32,000 bases of DNA, taken from contig NC_002939.5 in assembly GCF_000007985.2 (NCBI RefSeq), forward strand, positions 2,580,001 through 2,612,000, written 5' to 3'. Under the pieces are notes generated by a model. It did no database searches. It had not been told where the DNA came from and saw nothing but the letters and a program-made list of their open reading frames with translations. The translations under genes were made by a program, and so were the position numbers. Shown piece by piece: positions 18,942 through 26,791 of the stretch (its first letter is position 1; each line of letters begins with the position of its first letter). The DNA is from Geobacter sulfurreducens PCA (GTDB lineage: Bacteria > Desulfobacterota > Desulfuromonadia > Geobacterales > Geobacteraceae).

Positions 18942-21125
18942 TTACCGATTCTCCACCTTGAAACTGCTCATACCCCGCTCAAGGGCTTCCAACTGGCGGG
19001 ACAGCCGTGAAACCGCATCGTCCATCATCCGGGCCGAGCCGAGATTGGTCGAGGTCGACTCCTGGATGTCCTCCACGGCGCGGATGATCTGATCGCTGCC
19101 CCGCGACTGCTCGTCGCAGGCCCGCTTGATCTGCTGAATCATGTCGGTGATGTTCTCGGTGGAACGGGCGATGAACGCACCCACCTTGCTCTGCTCCCGG
19201 GTTGAGGTCCTGACCTGGGAGGTAAGCCCTTTCATCCGCTCCGCGGCGGCCATGATCATGTCGCTCCCCTTGCCCTGCTCCCGGGTGGCGCCGGCCACCT
19301 GGGCGATCATGTCCGAAACCCGCTCCATGGCGCTACGGATCATCTGGCTTCCCTTGGCCTGCTCCATGGTGGCCCGGGCAATGCTCTCCACCTGGGCCGT
19401 GGCTCCCTGGACGCCGGTAACGATCTTGGCCAGGGCTTCGCCCGACTTCTGGGACAGGGCCTCGCCGTCGGCGATGCTCTTCTCGGCCAGCTCGATAGCC
19501 TCCACGGCCCGGGCGGTTTCATCCTGGACCCCTTTGATCAGCTGGGCGATCTCGCGAGTGGAGCTGGTGGTCCGCTCGGCCAGCTCCTTGATCTCGTCGG
19601 CCACCACGGCGAAACCCTTGCCGTGTTCGCCCGCCTGGGCCGCAATGATGGCGGCGTTCAGGGCCAGCAGGTTGGTCTGCTCGGCCACTTCGTCGATGAC
19701 CGACAGAATCGCGCCGATGTCGGTGGCCCGGACGGAAAGGGTTTCGATCACTTCCGAGGTGATCCGGGAAGAGCGTTTGATCTCGTTGATACCGGCGATG
19801 GTCGCTTCGACGGAGACCTTGCCCATCTCCGCGTCCCGCCGCACCCCCTCTGAAATGGATGCGGTCTCCATGGCATTCTTCTCGACCTGCCTGATCGAGC
19901 TATCCATCTCGGCCACGGAAGAGGCAGTGGTGGTGGTCACATCCTGGAGGCTCACGACGCTGTTGGCGATCTGCTTGATGGACGCGGCCATCTCCATCAC
20001 CGAGGAGCTTACCTCATCAACGGCCTGGGCCAGTGAGTCCACGTTCACGGCCACCTCTTCGATGCTGGCGGCCATCTCGAGGATCGACGACGAGGTTTCC
20101 GAGGCGGAAAGGGAAAGGCCGTCGACGCCGCGGGAGACCTCCTTGATGGAAGTATTGATCTCGGCAACGGCCGACGAGGTCAGGGACACTCCCTCGGCCT
20201 GGACTTCCGCCGCGGCCATGACCCGGCGCGAAGCCTCGAAGATGTTGGCGGAGACCTGCCCCACCTCCACCAGGGAGCGGTTCACCTTGCGGACCAGCTC
20301 TCCCAGCATTTCCAGCATGATGTTGAAATCCCGGCCGAGCAGCGACAGCTCGTCCGTGGCATCGGTGGTCACCCGGACGGTCAGATCCCCTTCCGCTCCC
20401 TTGTTCAGCGCCGTCACCATCATGTTCACCCGCCGGATGATGTTGCGGGTGGCCACGACGCCGAAAACGAAGGCCAGCACGGCAGCCCCGATGATGACAA
20501 TGACGAAGGTAATGCTGACCGAGGCCCGGATCTGGCGCGTTTCCTGCCCCACCACCTGCATCAGCCCCTTGACCGTCTCGATGAGGTCGTCGATGTCGCG
20601 GGCCACGAATTCGCTTGCCCCGGACAACTCGGAGATAAGCCTGGTCTCGACGAGCACCGAAGGAGACACCGAACCGCTCAGGACCCCGGACTTGTAGGCA
20701 ATGATCCTGTCCGCCACCTTTTCATACTCGGCCCAGGTGTCGAGGAGCGCCTTGGCATGCTCTTCCATGACGGTATCGACGGAGTCCGGCCGGATGCCCA
20801 GGGCCGGATCGCCCTTGAGCAGCGCGTTGCTGTAGCGTCTGAAGATGTCGCGGTTCTTGCGATAGGACTCCACGTTCGCGGCCAGGATCCTGGTATCCAC
20901 GTGCCCCATCATCGCCTCCAGCAGGGCGACGCGGCTGGTGCGCTCGGCGGCCTGGAGCTGCAACGCCAGCTTCTGCTGATCCGCGCGGGTCTGCATGAGA
21001 TCCGACACCCTGTTTCCAACCATCCCGATGGAACGGATGCCGATGAAGCCGGTGACAGCAACGATGGCGGCCATGATGGCAAAGGAGCCTATGAGCCGGT
21101 AACCGAGTTTCATATCCTTGAACAT
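18942..21125 (-). CDS. Methyl-accepting chemotaxis protein: two TM segments, ~170-aa periplasmic helical sensor, HAMP, and a very long signalling domain
   Basis: The conserved hairpin tip [38 protein letters not shown] is present. TM1 is [20 protein letters not shown] and TM2 is [26 protein letters not shown]-like segment follows TM2. I chose the ATG at 21123-21125 (MFKDMKLGY); the track start at 21236 adds a non-membrane extension. Confidence 0.9.
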   Translation of the reverse strand: MFKDMKLGYRLIGSFAIMAAIVAVTGFIGIRSIGMVGNRVSDLMQTRADQQKLALQLQAAERTSRVALLEAMMGHVDTRILAANVESYRKNRDIFRRYSNALLKGDPALGIRPDSVDTVMEEHAKALLDTWAEYEKVADRIIAYKSGVLSGSVSPSVLVETRLISELSGASEFVARDIDDLIETVKGLMQVVGQETRQIRASVSITFVIVIIGAAVLAFVFGVVATRNIIRRVNMMVTALNKGAEGDLTVRVTTDATDELSLLGRDFNIMLEMLGELVRKVNRSLVEVGQVSANIFEASRRVMAAAEVQAEGVSLTSSAVAEINTSIKEVSRGVDGLSLSASETSSSILEMAASIEEVAVNVDSLAQAVDEVSSSVMEMAASIKQIANSVVSLQDVTTTTASSVAEMDSSIRQVEKNAMETASISEGVRRDAEMGKVSVEATIAGINEIKRSSRITSEVIETLSVRATDIGAILSVIDEVAEQTNLLALNAAIIAAQAGEHGKGFAVVADEIKELAERTTSSTREIAQLIKGVQDETARAVEAIELAEKSIADGEALSQKSGEALAKIVTGVQGATAQVESIARATMEQAKGSQMIRSAMERVSDMIAQVAGATREQGKGSDMIMAAAERMKGLTSQVRTSTREQSKVGAFIARSTENITDMIQQIKRACDEQSRGSDQIIRAVEDIQESTSTNLGSARMMDDAVSRLSRQLEALERGMSSFKVENR

Positions 21126-21247
21126 GGCGGAGAACTCCGGAGGAACACGTAGAGGTGATGGGTTCTGATATAGCAGAGGGGTGTCCGCATTATCAAGTGA
21201 AAAGGAGGCCCAAGCCGGTGCGGAATCACGCGGCAAGAGGCGTACAA

Positions 21248-21751
21248 TCAGCGTCTGAGGCCGTTGATGACTTCTGTGAATCCTTTAAGAATCTCTGCGG
21301 GGCGGTACCGCTGCGGCACGGAAAACGTGCCCGTCGAACTTACCGGCACCAGTGTGAGGCCCAGGGGGGTCTCCACTTCAAGCGACCCGGTCAGCCGATA
21401 GGGGATCGCGGCCGGGTCCGGATGCCGCTTGAGAATCTCCATGACGGAGCGGAAGGGGACGCGGAAAGGAAGGCGCACATCGGTGGTGGCGCCGCCGGGG
21501 AATTCGATGCGCCGGCGGTCTCCCCCCGTGGTCAGGGGGAGAGCCAGCACTTGAAGATCATAGCTGTACCCGGTCAGCGACAGGGCAAAGGAGTTCTCGT
21601 TTGTCACACCGAGAAGCAGCTCGATGTCCACCCCGTCCGCCCCGAAGCCGGTCACGGCCACATCCTTGACCGCGACCCGTGGTTCGGAGAGGAACAGAGA
21701 GCAGCCCGAAAGAAAGAGCAGTATGAATGCGGCGAATAATACCTGTTTCAC
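21248..21751 (-). CDS. LEA14-like / WHy (LEA_2) domain lipoprotein
   Basis: Lipoprotein signal with lipobox (FILLFLSGC). The pattern [41 protein letters not shown]...G fits the LEA_2 beta-sandwich consensus as I recall it. Confidence 0.65.
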   Translation of the reverse strand: MKQVLFAAFILLFLSGCSLFLSEPRVAVKDVAVTGFGADGVDIELLLGVTNENSFALSLTGYSYDLQVLALPLTTGGDRRRIEFPGGATTDVRLPFRVPFRSVMEILKRHPDPAAIPYRLTGSLEVETPLGLTLVPVSSTGTFSVPQRYRPAEILKGFTEVINGLRR

Positions 21752-21768
21752 GGGAGAATGATTCCTGG

Positions 21769-22416
21769 TTACGAAGCCTGCTCCACTTCGATGCGGAGCT
21801 CCTGGGCCCGCACCGGAAGCGACGGCTCCAGTTCACGGAGGATCTCTCTCCGGTAGCGGCGCCGCTTGATCTCGTAGGCATCGGCTTCGGGGCCGACGCC
21901 ACAGTAAAGTTTCTTGGCACGGACAAGGTCGCCGTTTGCCATGTCGAGCTTGCTGTAGAGCTCCCGCACGGCGGCTTCGGCGCACTTCTCGTCGTCCTGC
22001 ATCTCCTCGGGCCGGTAACCGTGGCTGGCGGCGCGGTACGGCATCAACTGCCACACGCCGAGCGCCCCTTTGGGCGAGACTGCCTTGGCATTGAATCCGA
22101 GGGAACCGGTTTCCGAGAGGGCTATTTCCGCCAGGTCGAGCGGCATGAGGTCGGTGCCGAGGGTTTTCAGGTAGCAGAGGGCTGCGAGCTTGTGGGCGCG
22201 CTCAGGGGTCGTCCTCTTGGCGAAGACGACGGCGATGGCTCGGGCCTGGCGCTGTCGTTCATCGTACTCGACGCCCTGCTGCATGAGCCTGCGGACCTCC
22301 AGATCGGTCGCGGCGTCGAACTGTGCCGTCGGACCGGCTTCCTTGCGAAGTCCGCTCTGGTTGCAGGAGACGCTGAAAAGCATCGTTCCTGCCAATACTA
22401 GTATCATCTTTTTCAT
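21769..22416 (-). CDS. Lytic transglycosylase (SLT domain) lipoprotein
   Basis: Signal peptide with lipobox (MLFSVSC). SLT catalytic region ALSETGSLGFNAKAVSPKGALGVWQLMPYRAASHGY (ES...GA.G.WQLMP pattern). No clear SD. Confidence 0.75.
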   Translation of the reverse strand: MKKMILVLAGTMLFSVSCNQSGLRKEAGPTAQFDAATDLEVRRLMQQGVEYDERQRQARAIAVVFAKRTTPERAHKLAALCYLKTLGTDLMPLDLAEIALSETGSLGFNAKAVSPKGALGVWQLMPYRAASHGYRPEEMQDDEKCAEAAVRELYSKLDMANGDLVRAKKLYCGVGPEADAYEIKRRRYRREILRELEPSLPVRAQELRIEVEQAS

Positions 22417-22622
22417 AGTGGTTTTTTGGTCGGGGTACGCAGCTTTGCCGGACGGTCCGAAGTACGGACGGTGATCAATGGGAACGGCTCCGGCTGAAAC
22501 CTCCTTTCAGTAAATTTCGGCCGCGCCCCGGACAGCGGGCGGGACCAGACGGGGGCGGCAGCGGGCCGCCCGATGGCTATGGACAGGTTGCTTAATGAAT
22601 GAAGGCCGTTGCAGAAACGGCA

Positions 22623-22645
22623 AAAGGACCCGTGTGGGGTCCTTT
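22623..22645 (-). terminator. Intrinsic terminator about 140 nt downstream of trpB (also usable on the plus strand)
   Basis: The minus strand reads AAAGGACCC-cacac-GGGTCCTTT then TGCC. The core is a 6-bp GC stem (GGACCC/GGGTCC) with a U-tract UUUUG. Confidence 0.6.
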
Positions 22646-22678
22646 CCCTGTGCCTGTTCTATTTTACAGGCGACGTCA

Positions 22679-22708
22679 GTTATAAGTTAAAACAGTTCGT
22701 CTTGTCAA
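22679..22708 (-). promoter_or_regulatory. Candidate strong sigma70 promoter in the AT-rich spacer downstream of trpB
   Basis: The minus strand reads aaaaaagc-TTGACA-(18 nt)-TATAAC. TTGACA is at 22703-22708 and TATAAC at 22679-22684. An A-tract lies upstream of the -35 element. Confidence 0.4.
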
Positions 22709-22786
22709 GCTTTTTTCTAAGATTCACCTCTACTTTCAACATGTTACACTGCATTTTCAGCGAGTTCGCCCCCGGATATCGAGCAC

Positions 22787-23977
22787 CTAAAAACGTACCC
22801 CCATGGCATCGGCCACGGTATGAATATCCTTGTCCCCCCGGCCCGAAAGACAGACCACGATGGTCTGCTCCTTCGGCAGCGTCGGTGCCAGCTTCACCAC
22901 GTGGGCGATGGCGTGGGACGACTCCAGGGCCGGCATGATCCCCTCCTCGCGGGTCAGGAGCGTGAAGGCGTCCAGGGCTTCCTCATCCGTGACCGACACG
23001 TACTCGGCCCGGCCCGCATCCTTGAGCCAGGCATGCTCCGGGCCGACCCCGGGGTAGTCAAGTCCGGCGGATACGGAGTGGGCATTGGCGATCTGGCCGA
23101 ACTCGTCCTGGAGTAGATAGGTCTTGTTGCCGTGGAGGACCCCGACGCTCCCGGCACACAGGGGCGCCGCGTGGGCGCCGGAGGCGATGCCGTGGCCCGC
23201 CGCCTCCACCCCCACCATCCGCACTTCCCGGTCATCGAGGAAGGGGTAGAAGAGCCCCAGGGCGTTGCTGCCGCCGCCGACGCAGGCCACCAGCACATCC
23301 GGCAGCCGCCCCTCGATCTTCCTGTGCTGGGCCTTGGCCTCACGGCCGATGACCGTCTGGAAGTCGCGCACCATGGCCGGATAGGGGTGGGGCCCCGCCA
23401 CGGTGCCGATCACGTAGAAGGTGTTGTGGATGTAGGTCACCCAGTTGCGCAGGGCCTCGTTCATGGCGTCCTTGAGGGTGGCGGTCCCGGCGGTCACCGG
23501 CGTGACCGTGGCCCCCAGGAGCTTCATCCGGAAGACGTTCAGAGCCTGGCGCCGGATATCCTCCTCTCCCATGAAGACTTCGCACTCCATGCCGAAAAGG
23601 GCCGCGATGGTGGCGGTGGCCACCCCGTGCTGCCCCGCGCCGGTCTCCGCAATGACCCGCTTCTTCCCCATCCGCTTGGCCAGAAGCCCCTGGCCGATGG
23701 TGTTGTTCACCTTGTGGGCTCCGGTGTGGTTCAGGTCCTCGCGCTTGAGGTAAATCTTCGCGCCCCCGAGCTTTTGCGTGAGCTTTTCGGCGAAATAGAG
23801 CGGATTGGGCCGCCCCACGTACTGGCGGAGGTAGTAGTCGAACTCCTCCTTGAACTCGCGGTCGTGCCGGTAGTGGTTGTAGGCCTGCTCCAGCTCCAAC
23901 AGGGCCGGCATGAGGGTTTCCGGCACGTAGCGGCCGCCGAACTGGCCGAAATGGCCCTGTTTGTCGGGTAATTTCAT
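22787..23977 (-). CDS. trpB: Tryptophan synthase beta chain (canonical TrpB1 type)
   Basis: [33 protein letters not shown] (PLP lysine), [12 protein letters not shown] and GGGSNALG motifs. I chose the ATG at 23975-23977 (MKLPDKQ) with GGAGGA upstream. The track start at 24073 adds 32 unsupported residues. Confidence 0.95.
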   Translation of the reverse strand: MKLPDKQGHFGQFGGRYVPETLMPALLELEQAYNHYRHDREFKEEFDYYLRQYVGRPNPLYFAEKLTQKLGGAKIYLKREDLNHTGAHKVNNTIGQGLLAKRMGKKRVIAETGAGQHGVATATIAALFGMECEVFMGEEDIRRQALNVFRMKLLGATVTPVTAGTATLKDAMNEALRNWVTYIHNTFYVIGTVAGPHPYPAMVRDFQTVIGREAKAQHRKIEGRLPDVLVACVGGGSNALGLFYPFLDDREVRMVGVEAAGHGIASGAHAAPLCAGSVGVLHGNKTYLLQDEFGQIANAHSVSAGLDYPGVGPEHAWLKDAGRAEYVSVTDEEALDAFTLLTREEGIMPALESSHAIAHVVKLAPTLPKEQTIVVCLSGRGDKDIHTVADAMGVRF

Positions 23978-24069
23978 ATATCCTCCAGTGTTTGTATTCG
24001 TGTATTGGTCACGGTGGCTGATACCCAGAAACCGAGGCCGACCATTCTCGCACATCAGGGCAAGCCCCA

Positions 24070-24498
24070 TCAAGGGGCAGTGATCACCGTAAACCGGTCG
24101 TCAAGGATATCCGCCAGGAGCGGCCGCACATCCTGCCACGCCAGACCGCCACCGCCGCAGCCGGGACGGGGGACAATGACGCGGGTCCACCCTTCCCGGT
24201 CGGCAAGCGCCCGCAGCTCCTCGGCGGAGCGCCGGATGAGGCGCAGGTCCGGATTTGCCCAAGGGCTTTCCTCCACGGGAAAGCTGACAAGGCCCTCGCC
24301 GATGACGTGGACATGGTTTCCCCCTTCGGACAGCACTGCACCGAGCCGGGCCGGCAGATCAGGGAACCGCTCCCGGGCCTGCCGGGCGCAGCCGCGCCCC
24401 AGAACGGCCTCCCCCTTCTTTGTCAGGTGGCCGTTGGTGGTGATGCAGATGATTGCGGTACCGAGGTGGTCCCAGATGTTGCCGGGTGTTTCGTTCAT
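24070..24498 (-). CDS. Small macro-domain-like protein (putative ADP-ribose binding/hydrolase fold), 142 aa
   Basis: The pattern [31 protein letters not shown]...FPVEESPW...[22 protein letters not shown] resembles short phage/bacterial macro domains (TNG..G.AVMG.G.A ... P..G.G.GGL.W). The composition is host-like (45/60 G+C in line 24121). There is no obvious SD. The call rests on motif memory only. Confidence 0.55.
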   Translation of the reverse strand: MNETPGNIWDHLGTAIICITTNGHLTKKGEAVLGRGCARQARERFPDLPARLGAVLSEGGNHVHVIGEGLVSFPVEESPWANPDLRLIRRSAEELRALADREGWTRVIVPRPGCGGGGLAWQDVRPLLADILDDRFTVITAP

Positions 24499-24700
24499 TG
24501 GGGGTGCCTGTGCTGCGATAATGATATGTGGTCAGTATCGGGTGAAATTGGTCTTTGTAGTCCCGCTCATTTCTTTCACAAGGCTGATGACTTCAGATTT
24601 TTCGGTTTAACGCTGCTGGGGGATTGGCCGTAATTTGATGCAAGCCCATAGTGTTTTATCCAAAATGGGCCCAGAATATATCAAACGGCTAACGGACCAG

Positions 24701-24735
24701 CCTGAACAAGCGGAGCGAACCACCGTTTGTTCAGG
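24701..24735 (-). terminator. Hairpin downstream of the ATPase gene (possible weak terminator)
   Basis: CCTGAACAA (24701-24709) and TTGTTCAGG (24727-24735) form a 9-bp perfect stem with a 17-nt loop, 19 nt after the ATPase stop. A CGGA/TCCG extension with a 4-nt bulge is possible. There is no clear U-tract, so terminator function is uncertain. Confidence 0.35.
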
Positions 24736-24753
24736 TCCGCGTTGAAGGACTGA

Positions 24754-26328
24754 TTAGAGCCTCTTGGCATAAAACGGGGAAAGTTCAAGGATTGCACGTC
24801 TTATTGATCGGAAATCAGTATACGGAACATCCACGAAGCCTGATTTACCCTCTACGTCTACCTCAAACAGCCCTTGTGGCGCCCGAGATGTGTTAATCAA
24901 ATCGACGTAGCAACCATAGTCAAGTGCGTAAACGTTAAAACGCCGCCCCGGAATATCTTGAGCTGAAACACCTTGCCGAATGATGTGAAGAACACGCGCA
25001 TCGTAAAGAAAATCAACCAAATCGTCTTTGACCTCTGAGCCGAGAAGAAAAGCTCTTGCCTGCCGATGTTGAATAACTTCATCAACAATCCAATTCAACA
25101 GATCTTGCGCAAGTGGTTTAGTGCTAACGGCTTGCTGTTTTGCCCTAGTGTACCACGTTCTAGCAGCGGCTCGTACATCGGGAACTGATATGGCGTGGTC
25201 AAGCGCCTTCTGTGCGGCCACACCAATGATATTGATAGCATCCCGAGGAACACCTTCTGCGGATCGGACAAACTCCTCGAATGCTGGTCGTTGCGTGAAC
25301 AAGTCGTTGATAAATTCAGAAGCAGATTCTTTTACTTCCATCTCTTTGGTTGCTGAAACAAGCGCTTTGACATGCCGATGTAAAAGCTCCCGAAAGAATT
25401 GTTTCGCTAAGTCTGGGTTGTTGTCAAAGACAAGGAATTCGTCTAAATTGATACTCGCAGCTGCATCAGCCCCAATCTCAATACCAATATGCCCCACTGC
25501 CTCATCCGGAATCCGAAATCGGCAACGTTGCTCTATCGCCGCAATCTTAACTGTTACGCCGCGTACTGGAAGTACCGTGCGACGAAGCAGATCGGCCAAG
25601 TACGGCTGAAGATCGAGAGGAATTTCACTCCATTCGTCGAAGACAATCCATAGCTGAGACTGCGGCAGAGCAGTTACAAGTTTCTCAAACTCACGACCAA
25701 CTGCACCAAAGCGAACTCGCAAACATTCCGTACCTTCCCTCTTCGTTCGCCGTTCTTCCGCAGCTTGATTCTTATTCTCTATCGTGAAATCCAATGAACT
25801 TTGAAGCCCATTCGCTGATGCACCTATATTACCCTTAATGCCGTCCGCCGATGTGCTAGTTGCCGATTTTGATTCCTGGACTTCTACCGTCCCCTCGACT
25901 ACGACATTCGTAGCAGCATCAATAAAGTTGTCGAGCAAAGGTCCGAGTGCGGACAGGTCATACTCCTCAGCTTTTTCAAGTCCCTCTGTTAATATGCGGT
26001 CATGTATTGCGCACAGCGTATCAACTAGAAGTCGTGTCGCTCGCTCAGGGAGAGTTAGCCGCGGATCTGAGTAGATTCCGCCGGTTGACCCAATAGTGCG
26101 CATGTCAAGCTGAATAGCAATAACGCCATCTCTCTGGACCTCATTTGCCAAGTATCCAAGAACATGAGTTTTCCCTGTGCCTCGTCTGCCGAAAAGTATT
26201 TGGTTGTCGGGGTTCGAAAGGAGTGTAAAGAGCGGCCCAACATCAACAAAGGAGTTGATGATGTGTTGTTGGTTGTAGGTTTCGGCACGCTTGGCTAGCC
26301 TGAGCAAGATCGTATTGATTGGGCGCAT
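24754..26328 (-). CDS. ORC/Cdc6-like AAA+ ATPase with a C-terminal winged-helix-like region (524 aa). Orphan, function unknown.
   Basis: - Walker A: GRRGTGKT, nt 26167-26190.
- Walker B: LWIVFDEW, nt 25630-25653.
- Sensor-2-like: EGVPRDAINIIGVAA, compare Cdc6 GD.R.AI.LL.
- C-terminal segment: LVDFLYDARVLHIIRQGVSAQDIPGRRFNVYALDYGCYVDL, wHTH-like.
- Start: AGGAGG lies 8 nt from the second ATG (26326-26328) but only 2 nt from the first (26332-26334), so MRPIN is the likely start.
- Codon usage is AT-rich, unlike the neighbouring genes. Confidence 0.8.
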   Translation of the reverse strand: MRPINTILLRLAKRAETYNQQHIINSFVDVGPLFTLLSNPDNQILFGRRGTGKTHVLGYLANEVQRDGVIAIQLDMRTIGSTGGIYSDPRLTLPERATRLLVDTLCAIHDRILTEGLEKAEEYDLSALGPLLDNFIDAATNVVVEGTVEVQESKSATSTSADGIKGNIGASANGLQSSLDFTIENKNQAAEERRTKREGTECLRVRFGAVGREFEKLVTALPQSQLWIVFDEWSEIPLDLQPYLADLLRRTVLPVRGVTVKIAAIEQRCRFRIPDEAVGHIGIEIGADAAASINLDEFLVFDNNPDLAKQFFRELLHRHVKALVSATKEMEVKESASEFINDLFTQRPAFEEFVRSAEGVPRDAINIIGVAAQKALDHAISVPDVRAAARTWYTRAKQQAVSTKPLAQDLLNWIVDEVIQHRQARAFLLGSEVKDDLVDFLYDARVLHIIRQGVSAQDIPGRRFNVYALDYGCYVDLINTSRAPQGLFEVDVEGKSGFVDVPYTDFRSIRRAILELSPFYAKRL

Positions 26329-26623
26329 GCACATCTCCTCCTTAATTCTGGCACTCTAACGTTCAAAGTAACCGGCCTGTGCGGCTTTCGCACAAGTCCG
26401 ATTGGCTGCCGATTTATGCCCTACCGTCGCCTTTATTGGATAAATTGGGGGACACACCAGTTTCCCCGGGCCGAACGCACCGACGGCGTTACCTTGGGTG
26501 ACCGCGTCAGCTTGAATCCGAACCCGATATTCCGCCCGTCTTGCCGGATCAACAGAGTCCAGCTCCGCGGCGGCATGCACACCTGCATGTGCGCGTCATC
26601 GCGTCGGGCACAGATTCGGCATG

Positions 26624-26660
26624 CCATGAAAATTCGGAATGACAAATCTGATTTTCATGG
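26624..26660. promoter_or_regulatory. Perfect 10-bp AT-rich inverted repeat with a 17-nt spacer, upstream of the ATPase gene (candidate operator or RNA hairpin)
   Basis: CCATGAAAAT (26624-26633), tcggaatgacaaatctg, ATTTTCATGG (26651-26660). On the minus strand a possible promoter, TTGTAT-17 nt-TACCAT, ends inside the left arm. A near-direct repeat, GATTCGGCATG / AATTCGGAATG, overlaps the element. Confidence 0.45.
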
Positions 26661-26682
26661 TACCCAGCGAACAGTGATCATA

Positions 26683-26710
26683 CAAGAAAAGGGGATGGAA
26701 ATTCTCCCCT
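26683..26710 (-). terminator. Intrinsic terminator after trpF, closing the trpEGDC-B2-F transcription unit (also terminator-like on the plus strand)
   Basis: The minus strand reads AGGGGA-gaatttcca-TCCCCT followed by TTTCTTG. On the plus strand the alternative pairing AAAGGGG...CCCCTTT is followed by GTTGTTTTT. It lies about 120 nt downstream of the trpF stop. Confidence 0.55.
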
Positions 26711-26770
26711 CCCCTTTGTTGTTTTTATAAAAGTTCCCACTGCTCACCCCCCTGCTCGCGGTGCTCGCTT

Positions 26771-26791
26771 CCCCCCTACAGGGTAGGGGGG
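26771..26791. repeat. GC-rich perfect hairpin/palindrome just downstream of trpF
   Basis: CCCCCCTAC-agg-GTAGGGGGG is a 9-bp stem with a 3-nt loop, 36 nt after the trpF stop. No U-tract on either strand. Confidence 0.5.

Larger units (their letters stand above)
24520..26740. other. Low-GC insert (putative horizontally acquired island) between trpF and the macro/trpB genes
   Basis: Hand counts of G+C per 60-nt line:
- Inside the insert: 24541 = 25, 24781 = 26, 25321 = 26, 25861 = 31, 26641 = 25.
- Flanks: 24121 = 45 (macro gene), 26881 = 42 (trpF).
- An internal GC-rich patch: 26461 = 39, 26521 = 38.
The boundaries are approximate. No integrase, transposase, tRNA or convincing flanking repeats were found. 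Confidence 0.6.

Noticed and set aside
17232-20697. Long plus-strand ORFs 17232-19010 (592 aa) and 19141-20697 (518 aa)
   Set aside because: They are antisense to accD/trpA and to the MCP gene. The second is an S/T/A/M-rich mirror image of the MCP coiled-coil repeats. No start-site signals and no motifs were found.
8549-24073. N-terminal extensions in the ORF track for marR (to 9115), clc (9205 TTG), rfbB (13687), lptD (15737 GTG), accD (18059), the MCP (21236) and trpB (24073)
   Set aside because: The extended starts lack SD sequences, use alternative start codons, or overlap upstream genes. In each case an internal ATG with an SD gives an N-terminus typical of the family.
24521-24610. A 29-codon plus-strand ORF (MICGQYRVKLVFVVPLISFTRLMTSDFSV) that could resemble a small hydrophobic type I toxin, convergent with the ATPase
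   Set aside because: It has no SD, and its hydrophobic stretch is too short for a confident TM helix. It is the tail of a long antisense shadow ORF (24005-24610). The evidence is insufficient.
26356-26730. Small ORFs in the ATPase upstream region: 26356-26580 (-, 74 codons, GTG start), 26433-26645 (-, 70 aa) and 26416-26730 (+, 104 aa)
   Set aside because: None has an SD, a recognisable motif or plausible composition. The plus-strand ORF runs through the palindrome and ends inside a terminator T-tract. The 74-codon ORF coincides with the GC-rich patch and could be a gene remnant, but I cannot support a call. I treated the region as non-coding.
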